64,000 nt of DNA from Alphaproteobacteria bacterium. Lineage in GTDB: Bacteria > Pseudomonadota > Alphaproteobacteria > SP197. Below are positions 29,907 through 40,098 of this stretch, piece by piece. How positions within the stretch are numbered: position 1 is the stretch's first letter; each line of letters starts with the position of its first letter. Location of the stretch: NCBI GenBank assembly GCA_965228895.1, contig OZ245842.1, positions 3,584,001 through 3,648,000 of the forward strand. Reading direction: 5' to 3'. A program made the translations under genes and the position numbers. The notes beneath the pieces are model-generated. The model was not told the DNA's origin. It saw nothing but the letters and a program-made list of their open reading frames with translations, and searched no databases.

Positions 29907-31562
29907 ATGGTCGAGACGGTTGATTATCTGATTGTCGGTGCGGGTTCGGCGGGCTGCGTGCTGGCCAACCGGCTGAGCGAGGATGCCGGCGCCACCGTCA
30001 AGGTGCTGGAGGCGGGGCCGATGGACAACAGCCTCTACCTGCTGCGCATGCCGGCCGCCGCCTGGATCATCATCAACGGGCGCAAGTACAACTGGTACTA
30101 TCACAGCGAGCCCGAGCCCTTCATGGACGGCCGTCGCATCTTCTATCCGCGCGGCAAGGTGGTCGGCGGGTCATCGTCGATCAACGGCATGGTCTATTTC
30201 CGCGGCCTGCCGCTGGACTATGACGGCTGGTCAACCAACCAGCTCAACAACTGGTCCTTCGCCCACTGCCTGCCCTATTTCAAACGCATGGAAACCAGCG
30301 ACCGCGGCGCGAGCGAATGGCGCGGTGGCGATGGGCCCCTGGCGGTCACCACCGGCGGTGACATCAATCCGCTTTACCGGGCTTACATCGAAGCCGGCGT
30401 GCAGGCGGGCTATCCCCATACGCAAGACGTCAACGGCTATCAGCAGGAAGGCGTCTTCGCCATGGAGCGCACGGTGGTCGGCGGCGTGCGCAACAGTGCC
30501 GCGCGCGCCTATCTGCACCCGGCCCTGAAGCGCGCCAACCTGACATTGGAGGCCGACGCGCACACGAACCGCGTGCTGTTCGAAGGCACACGCGCCGTCG
30601 GTGTCGAGTACATCCAGAATGGCCAGACCAAGCAGATCCGCGCCGAGCGCGAAGTCATCCTGTCCGGCGGTGTCTTTAACTCACCACAGATCCTGCTGCG
30701 CTCGGGCGTCGGCAATGCCGAACACCTGCGAGAACTCGGCATCGACGTCGTGCACGACCTGCCCGGCGTCGGCGAGAACCTGCAAGACCATCTGGACTGG
30801 CCGATCCAGTATGAATGCACGCAGCCGGTCTCGCTCTACAGCTCGACCACCAAGCTCGGTCAGCTCAAGACGGGCCTGCAGTGGTTTCTGTCAAAATCCG
30901 GCGTCGCTGCGTCAAACCTGTTCGAGGCGGGCGGCTACTTCCGCAGCCGGCCTGGGATCGAGTACCCGAACATCCAGCATCACTTCGTCGCCATCGCCAT
31001 GAATTATGACGGCAGCATGCCGCACAAGGGTCACGGCTTTCAGGCCCATATCAGTCAGATGCGCCCGACCAGCCGGGGTTTCGTTAGGCTGCGCTCGACC
31101 GATCCGTTCGAGCCACCGGTCATCCAGTTCAACCACATGCAGACCGAAAACGACCGCCAGGAATTCCGCGACGCGCTCAAGCTGACCCGCGAGATCATCG
31201 CGCAGGATGCGCTCAAACCCTATCGCGGGCGCGAGTGGGCGCCGGGCATCGACGTGCAGTCCGACAGCGATGTCGACGCCTTCGCCCGCGCGACCGGCGA
31301 AACGGAGCACCATCCGTCCTCGACCTGCGCCATGGGTTATGACGAGATGGCGGTGGTCGACGGCGAGACCCGTGTCCATGGCTGCGAGAACCTGCGCGTC
31401 GTCGATGCGTCGATCATGCCGCGCGTGGTCAGCGCCAACCTGAACGGCCCGACCATCATGATCGCGGAGAAAGCGTCGGATATGATCGCCGGCAAGACGC
31501 CGCTGGAGCCCGATTACACGCCGTTCTATCGGGCGCCGGATTGGGAAACCAACCAGCGTTAG
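29907..31562 (+). CDS. betA: Choline dehydrogenase-like GMC oxidoreductase
   Basis: IVGAGSAG, PRGKVVGGSSSINGMV, WSFAHCLPYFKR, GVGENLQDH, HHPSSTC, NLNGPTIMIAEK; may be a BetA paralogue. Confidence 0.75.
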   Translation: MVETVDYLIVGAGSAGCVLANRLSEDAGATVKVLEAGPMDNSLYLLRMPAAAWIIINGRKYNWYYHSEPEPFMDGRRIFYPRGKVVGGSSSINGMVYFRGLPLDYDGWSTNQLNNWSFAHCLPYFKRMETSDRGASEWRGGDGPLAVTTGGDINPLYRAYIEAGVQAGYPHTQDVNGYQQEGVFAMERTVVGGVRNSAARAYLHPALKRANLTLEADAHTNRVLFEGTRAVGVEYIQNGQTKQIRAEREVILSGGVFNSPQILLRSGVGNAEHLRELGIDVVHDLPGVGENLQDHLDWPIQYECTQPVSLYSSTTKLGQLKTGLQWFLSKSGVAASNLFEAGGYFRSRPGIEYPNIQHHFVAIAMNYDGSMPHKGHGFQAHISQMRPTSRGFVRLRSTDPFEPPVIQFNHMQTENDRQEFRDALKLTREIIAQDALKPYRGREWAPGIDVQSDSDVDAFARATGETEHHPSSTCAMGYDEMAVVDGETRVHGCENLRVVDASIMPRVVSANLNGPTIMIAEKASDMIAGKTPLEPDYTPFYRAPDWETNQR

Positions 31563-31572
31563 GCGCTCGGGT

Positions 31573-32490
31573 TCAGGAGTGGTCGCGTTCGTAGCCGGGC
31601 CGCGCGAAACGCACTTCAAAATCGTCGGTCGCGCCGTAGCTCTGCCAGAGTTCGAAACCGAGCAGGGCACGCATGTCGTCTGATAGTGCCGCCTGTGCAT
31701 CCGGGCGCAATCCGCAGGTAAAGTTCTGCAGTTGACGGAACTGCGGCCCGCAATAGGTCGCGGTGATACCGATGCGCGGCGCGTTGCCGTCGTTACGGCC
31801 CGATGCATGCCAGGTCCTGGCGTCCCAGATAACCGCACCGCCCGCCGGCACTTCCGCATCGACGGTGTCATAGGTTTCGTTGGGGTCGGGATGAAGGCCG
31901 GAGAGATGGCTGCCCGGCACGAGCCGTGTCGCGCCGCTCGTGGCCGTGAAGTCGGTCACCGCCCACATGACATTGATCACCACCGCCGGGTTGATCGGCC
32001 GCGTCGCGGGCGCCGGCGATCCCGTCGGTTGCACTTCGCGCGTGATGTCGCCGGCCTTGATCCGGTCCTCGCCCGGCATCACCGGCTGGGGCAGCCACCA
32101 CTGGTCGGTATGCAGGTCCATGACCTGATTGCCGGGATGTACGATGTGCGATGAGAAACCGGAGAGATGAATGCGCGCGCCCAACAGATGGCGCGCCAGA
32201 GCGATGGCGGTCGGATGAAGCGCCAGATGATCGAGCCCGTCCTCGCCGGCCATCAGAAGCTGCCACTGATCGCCGCCGCGTTGCGGCCAGGCAAGCGTCT
32301 CGTCGTGATCGCCGCCACCGGTTTCGTCGCCTTGCGCGCGGCGTATGACGGTCTCAAGCACCCGCTCTGTTTCCTGCGGTGACATCAACGTTTCCGCCAG
32401 GCAATACCCGTGGCGGTCCAGGTCGTCGCACAGGCGGGCGACGTCGCCGGTTAACCGCGGCAAGTCTCGGTAGCTGGTCGGATCCGACAT
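31573..32490 (-). CDS. Phytanoyl-CoA dioxygenase (PhyH) family Fe(II)/2OG oxygenase
   Basis: LHTD (HxD), GATRLVPGSH, TWHASGRN...R. Confidence 0.88.
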   Translation of the reverse strand: MSDPTSYRDLPRLTGDVARLCDDLDRHGYCLAETLMSPQETERVLETVIRRAQGDETGGGDHDETLAWPQRGGDQWQLLMAGEDGLDHLALHPTAIALARHLLGARIHLSGFSSHIVHPGNQVMDLHTDQWWLPQPVMPGEDRIKAGDITREVQPTGSPAPATRPINPAVVINVMWAVTDFTATSGATRLVPGSHLSGLHPDPNETYDTVDAEVPAGGAVIWDARTWHASGRNDGNAPRIGITATYCGPQFRQLQNFTCGLRPDAQAALSDDMRALLGFELWQSYGATDDFEVRFARPGYERDHS

Positions 32491-32831
32491 ACCCCTACTC
32501 CGCTTATGGTTTTGATCGCATGGCGGCCATGCGTCGTGTGCAGACGACACGTTAAATCAAGGCCCACGCTGGCGCGAAACCGAAAGTCAGCGATCACATT
32601 TTCCATCTTCTCGCCACAAAGCGGCGCGGGGGTCTTTTCTTTGCCGACTTGCGCATCATGTATGGCACCAGGCCCGTGGGGGGATGGATCGGCGACGCAC
32701 ACCCCGTGCGTCAACGTTGCTCATGGACCGCTTGTTGAGAACACAAACTGGCAGCCGCTCTGGCCGCCCGGCGCCTCGGCGTTCGGGTTTCCCGGTCGCT
32801 GCACACTTTGATTCAACATGGATGACGTGTC

Positions 32832-34013
32832 ATGAAAGATGGGCTTCTTACGCGACCTCGTGCAGCAATGGCCCGGCCCGCTCTGGTGGTGACGGCGATG
32901 GTTGCCATGTTGCTCCTGGCAGCGTGCGACAACGAGCCAAACGACGCGCGGGCCTCCGCGCCACCACCGCCCGCCGTGACCGTCGCGAACCCGGTGGTTA
33001 AACAGATCGTCGAAGACGACGAGTTCGTCGGGCGCTTCGACGCCGTGAGTGAAGTCGAGGTGCGCGCGCGCATCGGCGGTTACCTGCAGACCATCGAGTT
33101 CGTCGACGGTGATATCGTCGAACAAGGCGACCTGCTGTTCACCATCGACTCTCGACCCGTCGAAGCGGCGCTGGCCGAGGCCCAGGCTGAGCTCGAAAGT
33201 GCGCAGGCGGCGCTCACCAACACCCGCGACGAACTTGACCGGGCCGAACAGTTGCTGGAGAGCGGCAACATCTCTATTCAAACCGTCGACGAACGACGGC
33301 TTAACTTTCTTTCCGCCCAGGCAAGGGTTGCTGCCGCCGCCGCAGCGGTCGAGCGTGGCATGCTGGATCTTGAGTACACGCAGATCAGCGCGCCGCTGAC
33401 CGGGCGCATCGACCGCAACTATCTCTCTGAAGGCAACCTTGTCGAGGCCAACGCGACGGTGCTGACCAGCATCGTCAGCACCGATCCCATCTATTTCTAC
33501 TTCGATATCGACGAGCGCACGTTCCTGGCGTATGCGGAGGATGCGCGCGCCCGCGGCACCAACCTGCAGGAAGGCAGTGGGCTGCCGGTCATGATCACCC
33601 TGGCCGATAACGGCGGGACCGTGTTTCCCGGCGAGCTCGATTTTTCGGAGAACCGCGTCGACCCGGAAAGCGGGACCATGCGCGTACGCGCGGTGGTGCC
33701 CAATTCGGATCTTGTCTTGCTGCCCGGCCTGTTCGGCCAGATCAACGTACCGGGCTCACTGCCCTATGACGGCATCCTGTTGCCCGACGAAGCGATTGCC
33801 AGCGACATGGACCGCCGCATCGTCTTCGTCGTCGATGAGGCCGGTGTCGTTTCGGCCAAGCAGGTCAGGCTCGGGCCCAAGATCGACGGCTACCGCGTGA
33901 TCCGTGACGGCCTGACCGGCGACGAACTGATCGTCGTCGCCGGCCTCATGCGTGTGCGCCCGGGCGTGACGGTCACGCCGGAGCTGACCAAGCTGCCACC
34001 AGTCGCCGAGTGA
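32832..34013 (+). CDS. RND efflux periplasmic adaptor subunit
   Basis: Lipobox LLLAAC, VEVRARIGG, GDLLFTID, ISAPLTGRI; start may be 32868 or 32898. Confidence 0.93.
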   Translation: MKDGLLTRPRAAMARPALVVTAMVAMLLLAACDNEPNDARASAPPPPAVTVANPVVKQIVEDDEFVGRFDAVSEVEVRARIGGYLQTIEFVDGDIVEQGDLLFTIDSRPVEAALAEAQAELESAQAALTNTRDELDRAEQLLESGNISIQTVDERRLNFLSAQARVAAAAAAVERGMLDLEYTQISAPLTGRIDRNYLSEGNLVEANATVLTSIVSTDPIYFYFDIDERTFLAYAEDARARGTNLQEGSGLPVMITLADNGGTVFPGELDFSENRVDPESGTMRVRAVVPNSDLVLLPGLFGQINVPGSLPYDGILLPDEAIASDMDRRIVFVVDEAGVVSAKQVRLGPKIDGYRVIRDGLTGDELIVVAGLMRVRPGVTVTPELTKLPPVAE

Positions 34014-34029
34014 GCGCGGACGACAACGC

Positions 34030-37000
34030 ATGAAGTTTGCCCACTTCTTCGTCGATCGGCCGATCTTCGCGACGGTTCTGTCGCTGGTCATGGTGATCAC
34101 CGGTTTGATCGCGTTCCTGCAGCTTCCTGTATCCCAGTATCCGGAAATCGCGCCGCCGACCGTGGTTGTCGAGGCGGTCTTCCCAGGCGCCAACGCCGAA
34201 ACGGTCGCTGCCACCGTCGCGACACCGCTGGAGCAGGAGATCAATGGCGTCGAAGGCATGATCTATATGTCGTCCTATTCGACCAGCGACGGGCGCGCGC
34301 AGATCACCATCACGTTCGGCCTGGGCACCGATATCGATCAGGCGCAGGTGCTGGTTCAGAACCGGGTTGCGGTGGCCGAGCCGCGTCTGCCCGAAGAGGT
34401 GCGGCGTCAGGGCGTGACGACGGCCAAGAGCTCGCCCGACCTGATGATGGTCGTGCATATGCTGTCGCCCGACGACACCTACGACCAACTCTACGTTTCC
34501 AACTATGCTCGTGCGCGCGTGCGCGACGAACTCGTGCGCCTGCAGGGCATCGGCAACCTCCTGCTGTTCGGCGAACGCGAGTACTCGATCCGCGTCTGGC
34601 TCGACCCCGACAAGCTGGCATCCTATGGCCTGACCGCCGCCGATGCGATCGACGCGCTGCGCGAACAAAACGTCCAGGTTTCCAGCGGCGCCATCGGCGC
34701 GCCGCCATCGCCCGATGACACGGCGTTCCAGGTAACGATCTCGACCCAGGGCCGGTTCTCAGACCCCCGCGACTTCCGCAACATCATCGTAAAATCGACC
34801 GACGACGGCCGCACTGTCCGCATTTGGGATATCGCCAGGGTCGAACTGGGGGCGCGCGACTACATCACCAACAGCTACCTGAACGGCAAGCCGGCCGTCG
34901 CGCTGGGCATTTTCCAGCGTCCGGGCACCAACGCGCTGGAAACCGCCGATCAGATCAAGGCGACCATGGCGCGCCTGGCCGAGGACTTCCCGCCGGGTCT
35001 TTCCTACGAGATCGTTTACAACCCCACCGAGTTTATCGACCAGTCAATCGACGCGGTCTACCTCACCCTGTTCGAAGCGGTGATCCTGGTCGTCCTGGTG
35101 GTGCTGATCTTCCTGCAGTCGTGGCGTACCGCCCTGATCCCGATCGCTGCGATCCCGGTCTCCTTGATCGGCACCTTCGTGATCATGGCCGCGATGGGTT
35201 TCTCGATAAATCTGCTGACGCTGTTCGGCTTGGTGCTCGCCATCGGCATCGTGGTCGACGACGCCATCCTGGTGGTCGAGAACGTCGAACGAAATGTGCG
35301 CGAAGGGCTCAGTCCACGCGACGCCGCGCACAAGACGATGGACGAGGTCGGCTCGGCCATTGTCGCGACCTCCGTCGTGCTGGCCGCTGTCTTTGTACCG
35401 ACCGCCTTCATCCCCGGCATCACTGGCCAGTTCTATCAGCAGTTCGCCGTCACCATCATCGTGTCGACGGCGATTTCGACCTTCAACTCGCTGACCCTGT
35501 CGCCGGCGCTCGCCGCGCTGCTCCTGAAACCCCACGACGCGCCGAAGCCGACGTTCTTCCTGGCGCGCGCGGCGGCCTGGTTCGCCGACCGCTTCAATGC
35601 CGGCTTCGACCGGTTCAGCGGTGGTTATGCCGGCACCGTCAAACTACTGGTCGGCGGTAAGGTCATGCGGCTCGGCATGATGCTGGTCTTCGCCGGCCTG
35701 CTCTATGGCACCTATCAGGCGTTCCAGTCGGTACCCCGCGGCTTCATTCCCCAGCTCGATCAGGGTTATGCCATCGTCGTTGTGCAGTTGCCGGACGGCG
35801 CGTCGCTCAACCGGACCGACGAGGTTGTCCTGCGCGCGACGGAGATCGTGAAAAACACGCCGGGCGTTAAGAACGCCGTCGGGTTTGCCGGTTTCTCCGG
35901 GGCGACTTTCACCAACGCGACCAATTCCGGCGTCATCTTTGCCGCCTTCGAGCCGTTCGAGACGCGCCTGGCCGCCGACCAGCCTGCCGGATCCATCATC
36001 GGTCAGCTCTATGGCGGCCTGCAGCAGATCCAGGAGGCCTTTATCATCGCCATACCGCCGCCGCCGGTGCGCGGCGTCGGCAATGCCGGCGGCTTCAAGC
36101 TAATGCTGCAGGAACGCGAAAGCGCGGACATGAGGCGCGTGCTGGGGCTTGCCTATCAGCTCATGGGCCAGGCCAATCAGGACCCCGACCTCACCTCCGT
36201 CTTCACCACGTTCAGCGCGTCGAGCCCGCAGATCTTCCTGGAAATCGACCGCACCCGCGCGCAGATTCTGAACGTGCCGATCGAGCGCATCTTCGAGACG
36301 CTCTCGATCAATCTGGGCACGACCTATGTGAACGACTTCAACGCCTTCGGCCGCGTCTATCAGGTGCGGGCCCAGGCCGACACGCCCTACCGCCTGGAGA
36401 TCGAGGATATCGAGCAGCTCAAGGTGCGCGCCGACAACGGCGCCATGGTGCCGCTTGGCACCCTGGCCGATGTCCAGCTCGTCTCCGGCCCTGACCTGGT
36501 GCAGCGCTATAACCTCTATACCGCCGTACCGCTGCAGGGCGAGGCCGCGCCTGGCATCTCGTCCGGTGACGCGCTCGACGCCATGGAGCAGTTGACCGAT
36601 GCCTCGCTGCCGCCGGGCATGAGTTTCGAGTGGACCGAACTGGCATTTCAGGAACGCCAGACCGGCGATACCGCCGTCTATATCTTCATGCTCTCGGTGC
36701 TCTTCGTCTTTCTGGCGCTGGCCGCGCAATACGAAAGCTGGGTGCTGCCGCTTGCCATCATCCTGATCGTGCCGATGGCCGTGCTGTCGGCCATGCTGGG
36801 CACCATGGTGCGCGGTATGGACAACAACATCCTGACCCAGATCGGTCTGGTCGTTCTGATCGCGCTGGCCGCCAAGAACGCCATCCTGATCGTCGAGTTC
36901 GCCAAACAGGCCGAGGAACGCGGACTGGATGTGGTCGCGGCCGCCGTCGAGGCCTGCCGCCTGCGCCTGCGCCCGATCCTGATGACGGCGTTCGCGTTCA

Positions 37001-37218
37001 TCCTGGGTGTCGTGCCGCTGATGATCGCGACCGGCGCCGCGGCCGAGATGCGCCAGGCGCTCGGCACCACCGTTTTTTCCGGCATGCTGGGCGTCACCTT
37101 CTTCGGCCTGATCCTGACGCCGGTCTTCTATGTCGTGCTGCGTTTGCTGGTACGCCGGCGCAAACCGGCGTCGAAGGTGGAACCGCCCGCTGAGTCGCCG
37201 GCAGGCGCGACGGAGTAG
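34030..37218 (+). CDS. Multidrug efflux RND permease (HAE1, MexF/AcrB-like)
   Basis: FFVDRPIFA, QYPEIAPP, GIVVDDAI, AAKNAILIVEFA, RLRPILMT. Confidence 0.96.
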   Translation: MKFAHFFVDRPIFATVLSLVMVITGLIAFLQLPVSQYPEIAPPTVVVEAVFPGANAETVAATVATPLEQEINGVEGMIYMSSYSTSDGRAQITITFGLGTDIDQAQVLVQNRVAVAEPRLPEEVRRQGVTTAKSSPDLMMVVHMLSPDDTYDQLYVSNYARARVRDELVRLQGIGNLLLFGEREYSIRVWLDPDKLASYGLTAADAIDALREQNVQVSSGAIGAPPSPDDTAFQVTISTQGRFSDPRDFRNIIVKSTDDGRTVRIWDIARVELGARDYITNSYLNGKPAVALGIFQRPGTNALETADQIKATMARLAEDFPPGLSYEIVYNPTEFIDQSIDAVYLTLFEAVILVVLVVLIFLQSWRTALIPIAAIPVSLIGTFVIMAAMGFSINLLTLFGLVLAIGIVVDDAILVVENVERNVREGLSPRDAAHKTMDEVGSAIVATSVVLAAVFVPTAFIPGITGQFYQQFAVTIIVSTAISTFNSLTLSPALAALLLKPHDAPKPTFFLARAAAWFADRFNAGFDRFSGGYAGTVKLLVGGKVMRLGMMLVFAGLLYGTYQAFQSVPRGFIPQLDQGYAIVVVQLPDGASLNRTDEVVLRATEIVKNTPGVKNAVGFAGFSGATFTNATNSGVIFAAFEPFETRLAADQPAGSIIGQLYGGLQQIQEAFIIAIPPPPVRGVGNAGGFKLMLQERESADMRRVLGLAYQLMGQANQDPDLTSVFTTFSASSPQIFLEIDRTRAQILNVPIERIFETLSINLGTTYVNDFNAFGRVYQVRAQADTPYRLEIEDIEQLKVRADNGAMVPLGTLADVQLVSGPDLVQRYNLYTAVPLQGEAAPGISSGDALDAMEQLTDASLPPGMSFEWTELAFQERQTGDTAVYIFMLSVLFVFLALAAQYESWVLPLAIILIVPMAVLSAMLGTMVRGMDNNILTQIGLVVLIALAAKNAILIVEFAKQAEERGLDVVAAAVEACRLRLRPILMTAFAFILGVVPLMIATGAAAEMRQALGTTVFSGMLGVTFFGLILTPVFYVVLRLLVRRRKPASKVEPPAESPAGATE

Positions 37219-37233
37219 ACCCCGCATCGGAAG

Positions 37234-37262
37234 TTGCCTGCGGCGCGGCGGGCGTCTATACG
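37234..37262 (+). promoter_or_regulatory. Putative sigma-70 promoter of dmdA (TTGCCT-N17-TATACG)
   Basis: 17-nt spacing, ending about 30 nt upstream of the ATG at 37293. Confidence 0.45.
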
Positions 37263-37292
37263 CGAAACCATCAAATGGGGACCGCCGCTGTC

Positions 37293-38402
37293 ATGACATC
37301 ACCAATCATCGCGCCATCGCGCCGCTTGCGCCGCACGCCCTTTTCGCCACGCGTCGAAGCCGCCGGTGTCAAAGGGTTTACCGTCTATAACCACATGCTT
37401 CTGCCGACCGCGTTCGCCTCGGTCGAAGAAGACTACCGGCACCTCAAGCAGAACGTGCAGGTTTGGGACGTCAGCTGCGAACGCCAGGTCGAGATCAAGG
37501 GTCCCGATGCCGCGCGTTTGGTGCAGTTGATGACGCCGCGCGACCTCGCAAAGGCGCGGGTCGGGCGCTGCTTCTACGTGCCGCTTGTCGACGAGACCGG
37601 CGGCATGATCAACGACCCCGTTGCCTTGAAACTGGCCGAAGACCGGTATTGGCTGTCGATCGCCGATTCCGACGTCGTCCTATGGGGTAAGGGACTGGCG
37701 TCCGGCATGGGCCTTGATGTCAGTGTCGAGGAACCGGACGTCTCGCCGCTCGGCGTGCAGGGTCCCAAGGCCGATGATCTGATGGCCCGCGTGTTCGGCG
37801 AGGCTGTGCGCGACATCCGCTTCTTCGGCTTTGCCACGCTCAACTTCCGCGACCATCCCCTGATCGTCGCGCGCTCGGGCTGGAGCAAACAGGGCGGCTT
37901 CGAGATCTATCTCGACGACTTCTCGCTCGGGCTCGACCTGTGGGACGCCTTGTTCGAAGCGGGCCAAACCCTCGACGTGCGCGCCGGCTGCCCCAATCTG
38001 ATCGAACGCATCGAAGGTGGCCTGCTCTCCTACGGCAACGATATGACCTATCAGAACAACCCGTTCGAATGCGGCCTCGACAGGTTCTGCAATCTCGACG
38101 CGCCCATCGAATTCTTCGGTCGTGACGCGCTCCAGGCGATCCACGACAAGGGCCCGGACCGCCTGATCAAGGGCATCCGGATGGACGGCGACCCGGTGCC
38201 GGCATGTGTCGAGACGTGGCCGGTCAGCGTCGCCGGCGCGCCTGCCGGCATGCTGACATCCGCCGCCTGGTCGCCCGACCTCGGCACCAATGTCGCGTTC
38301 GCCGTGCTGGAACGCGGCCACTGGGATGTCGGACACCAGGTCGAGGTCGAGACCCCGGCTGGCACCCGGTCCGGCACGGTCGCCGAGATACCGTTCATTT
38401 AG
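37293..38402 (+). CDS. dmdA: Dimethylsulfoniopropionate demethylase (GcvT family)
   Basis: DmdA-type segments SRRLRRTPF...GVKGFTVYNHMLLPT, VQVWDVSCERQV, ARSGWSKQGGFEIY, VRAGCPNLIERIEGGLLSYGNDM. Confidence 0.93.
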   Translation: MTSPIIAPSRRLRRTPFSPRVEAAGVKGFTVYNHMLLPTAFASVEEDYRHLKQNVQVWDVSCERQVEIKGPDAARLVQLMTPRDLAKARVGRCFYVPLVDETGGMINDPVALKLAEDRYWLSIADSDVVLWGKGLASGMGLDVSVEEPDVSPLGVQGPKADDLMARVFGEAVRDIRFFGFATLNFRDHPLIVARSGWSKQGGFEIYLDDFSLGLDLWDALFEAGQTLDVRAGCPNLIERIEGGLLSYGNDMTYQNNPFECGLDRFCNLDAPIEFFGRDALQAIHDKGPDRLIKGIRMDGDPVPACVETWPVSVAGAPAGMLTSAAWSPDLGTNVAFAVLERGHWDVGHQVEVETPAGTRSGTVAEIPFI

Positions 38403-38458
38403 GACCGTTTCCGAGCTTTTTTCGCCTTCGGCCTTGACGCTGGCCCCAGGCCAACCCA

Positions 38459-38482
38459 ATTCCATAGCGAACGATATGGAAT
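38459..38482. promoter_or_regulatory. Putative TetR operator 1 (ATTCCATAGC-GAAC-GATATGGAAT)
   Basis: Near-perfect 24-bp inverted repeat 5 nt before the tetR ATG; matches 39067-39090. Confidence 0.75.
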
Positions 38483-38487
38483 AAACG

Positions 38488-39054
38488 ATGGCACGACCCC
38501 GCGAGTTCGACCCCGATGTCGCCCTGGACAAGGCGATGCGCCAGTTTTGGGCCAAGGGTTATCACGACACCTCGATCCGTGATCTCGTCGACAAGACCGG
38601 CGTCAACTACTATGGCCTCTACGAGGTTTTCGACAACAAGCACGGCCTGCTGCTCGCCGCCCTCGACCGTTACCGGCAGACGATCACCGCCGAGTTCGCC
38701 ACGATCGTCGCCCAGGCCGCGCCGACGCGGGCCGGGCTGCTGCGCGCCTTTGACCAGGTCTTTGACCTGCTTAAGACAGAGGACGGACAGGTCGGTTGCA
38801 TGATGTGCAACGCCGCCATCGAGTTGGCACCCCACGATGAGGACGTCGCCACGAAAGTGCGCGACCACCTGAAGCTCCTGGCGGCTATCTTCGAGGGCTG
38901 GCTGACGCGTTACGGCAAGTCGGGCGCGGATGCGCGAAACGGCGCGGAGTTCCTGGCCTCGACGGCTTATTCGCTCGCCCTTCTCATGCGCGCCGGATTT
39001 GACCGTCGCCACGTTAAACGCCAGGCGGCGACCGCGTTGAACGCCGTGCTCTGA
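38488..39054 (+). CDS. TetR/AcrR family regulator (ComR/NemR-like, Cys-containing)
   Basis: MARPREFD...FWAKGY..TSIRDL HTH; GCMMCN in the C-terminal domain. Confidence 0.92.
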   Translation: MARPREFDPDVALDKAMRQFWAKGYHDTSIRDLVDKTGVNYYGLYEVFDNKHGLLLAALDRYRQTITAEFATIVAQAAPTRAGLLRAFDQVFDLLKTEDGQVGCMMCNAAIELAPHDEDVATKVRDHLKLLAAIFEGWLTRYGKSGADARNGAEFLASTAYSLALLMRAGFDRRHVKRQAATALNAVL

Positions 39055-39066
39055 TTTTTTTGGCCA

Positions 39067-39090
39067 TTTTCATAGCACTTGCTATGGAAT
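39067..39090. promoter_or_regulatory. Putative TetR operator 2 (TTTTCATAGC-ACTT-GCTATGGAAT)
   Basis: Same 24-bp palindromic motif, immediately before the RBS of the 39107 gene. Confidence 0.75.
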
Positions 39091-39106
39091 TTCAGGAGAC
39101 AGAACT

Positions 39107-39685
39107 ATGAGCCACTTGAGCTACACGAAAACCTACCGCGGCGTTGCCGACGTTTTCTTGCGTGACGCCGATTTCTACGGGCCGCTGCTGCAGTTCATCG
39201 AGAACGTGATGACCCGCGACTCCGAGCTGACCAAGGCGGAGCGCGAGATGATCGCGGCCCACGTTTCGAAGCGTAACGGCTGCGGTTTCTGCCTGGGCGC
39301 GCATCGTTGGACCTTGGCTGCCATGGAAGTCGGTTGGTCGACCATCGAGGCGCTGGAGGACGACGCCGATACCGACGCCATCGACGATCGGCTGCGCGCG
39401 GTACTGCGCTTCGCCGAAAAACTCACCGATACGCCAGAGCGCATCGACCAGGGCGATATCGACGTCCTGATCGTAGCCGGCTGGTCGGAGCAGGCGGTCG
39501 AAGACGCCATCAACGTCGTCGCGCTCTTCAACTACGTCAACCGCCTGGTCGACGCCATCGGTATCGACGGCGACGAAGACTACTTCCGCCAGATCGGCAG
39601 CGCGTTGGCGTCGCGTGGCTATGCGCCACTGATCGACGCAGCGACCAAACGCGCACACCAAACGCAAGGAGGGCAAGCGGCATGA
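39107..39685 (+). CDS. Peroxidase-related enzyme (AhpD/carboxymuconolactone decarboxylase family)
   Basis: EREMIAAHVSKRNGCGFCLGAH (CxxC..H), LFNYVNRLVDA. Confidence 0.9.
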   Translation: MSHLSYTKTYRGVADVFLRDADFYGPLLQFIENVMTRDSELTKAEREMIAAHVSKRNGCGFCLGAHRWTLAAMEVGWSTIEALEDDADTDAIDDRLRAVLRFAEKLTDTPERIDQGDIDVLIVAGWSEQAVEDAINVVALFNYVNRLVDAIGIDGDEDYFRQIGSALASRGYAPLIDAATKRAHQTQGGQAA

Positions 39686-40098
39686 CCGACACCCTGCAAT
39701 GGCGCATTCGCGGCGACAGCTTCGAGGATGGCAGCCTGCTGGCCGCCGACTGGAACGTCGTCGAGGAAAGCGATGCCTGGCACTGGCAGTACGACACCCA
39801 CGAGCTGAGCTTCACCATCTATGAGCACGACGGCCAGTACTGGAAGCTCTACCGCGCCCGTTTCGTGCCCGATGGCGCGGACGACTACGCTTACGGTTTC
39901 GGCGGCCAAGCCTGCCGCATGGCCAAGGTGCGCTATCGGGTCCGCGCCCGTTCACCCCACTCTAGCCGACTGATGCAACGGGGCGACGAGGAATGGGTCC
40001 GGACCTACGAGGTCGACGAGTCCATTCACGACGTGATCCTCACCGGACGCGACGACCCCCGATACGGCGCGCCCTATGGCCCGAAGGAGGCGGCATGA
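39682..40098 (+). CDS. Hypothetical protein (138 aa, aromatic-rich)
   Basis: RBS AGGAGG; ATGA overlaps at both ends; strong GC3 codon bias. Confidence 0.8.
   Translation: MTDTLQWRIRGDSFEDGSLLAADWNVVEESDAWHWQYDTHELSFTIYEHDGQYWKLYRARFVPDGADDYAYGFGGQACRMAKVRYRVRARSPHSSRLMQRGDEEWVRTYEVDESIHDVILTGRDDPRYGAPYGPKEAA

Noticed and set aside
32491-32831. 341-nt intergenic region before the RND operon, with a small hairpin (GACGCAC/GTGCGTC), as a riboswitch
   Set aside because: No recognisable aptamer consensus or terminator; consistent with divergent promoters
38488-39054. TetR after dmdA as the acrylate regulator AcuR
   Set aside because: The N-terminus (MARPREFD...FWAKGY) fits the ComR-like subgroup and no acuI is linked, so it is not assigned
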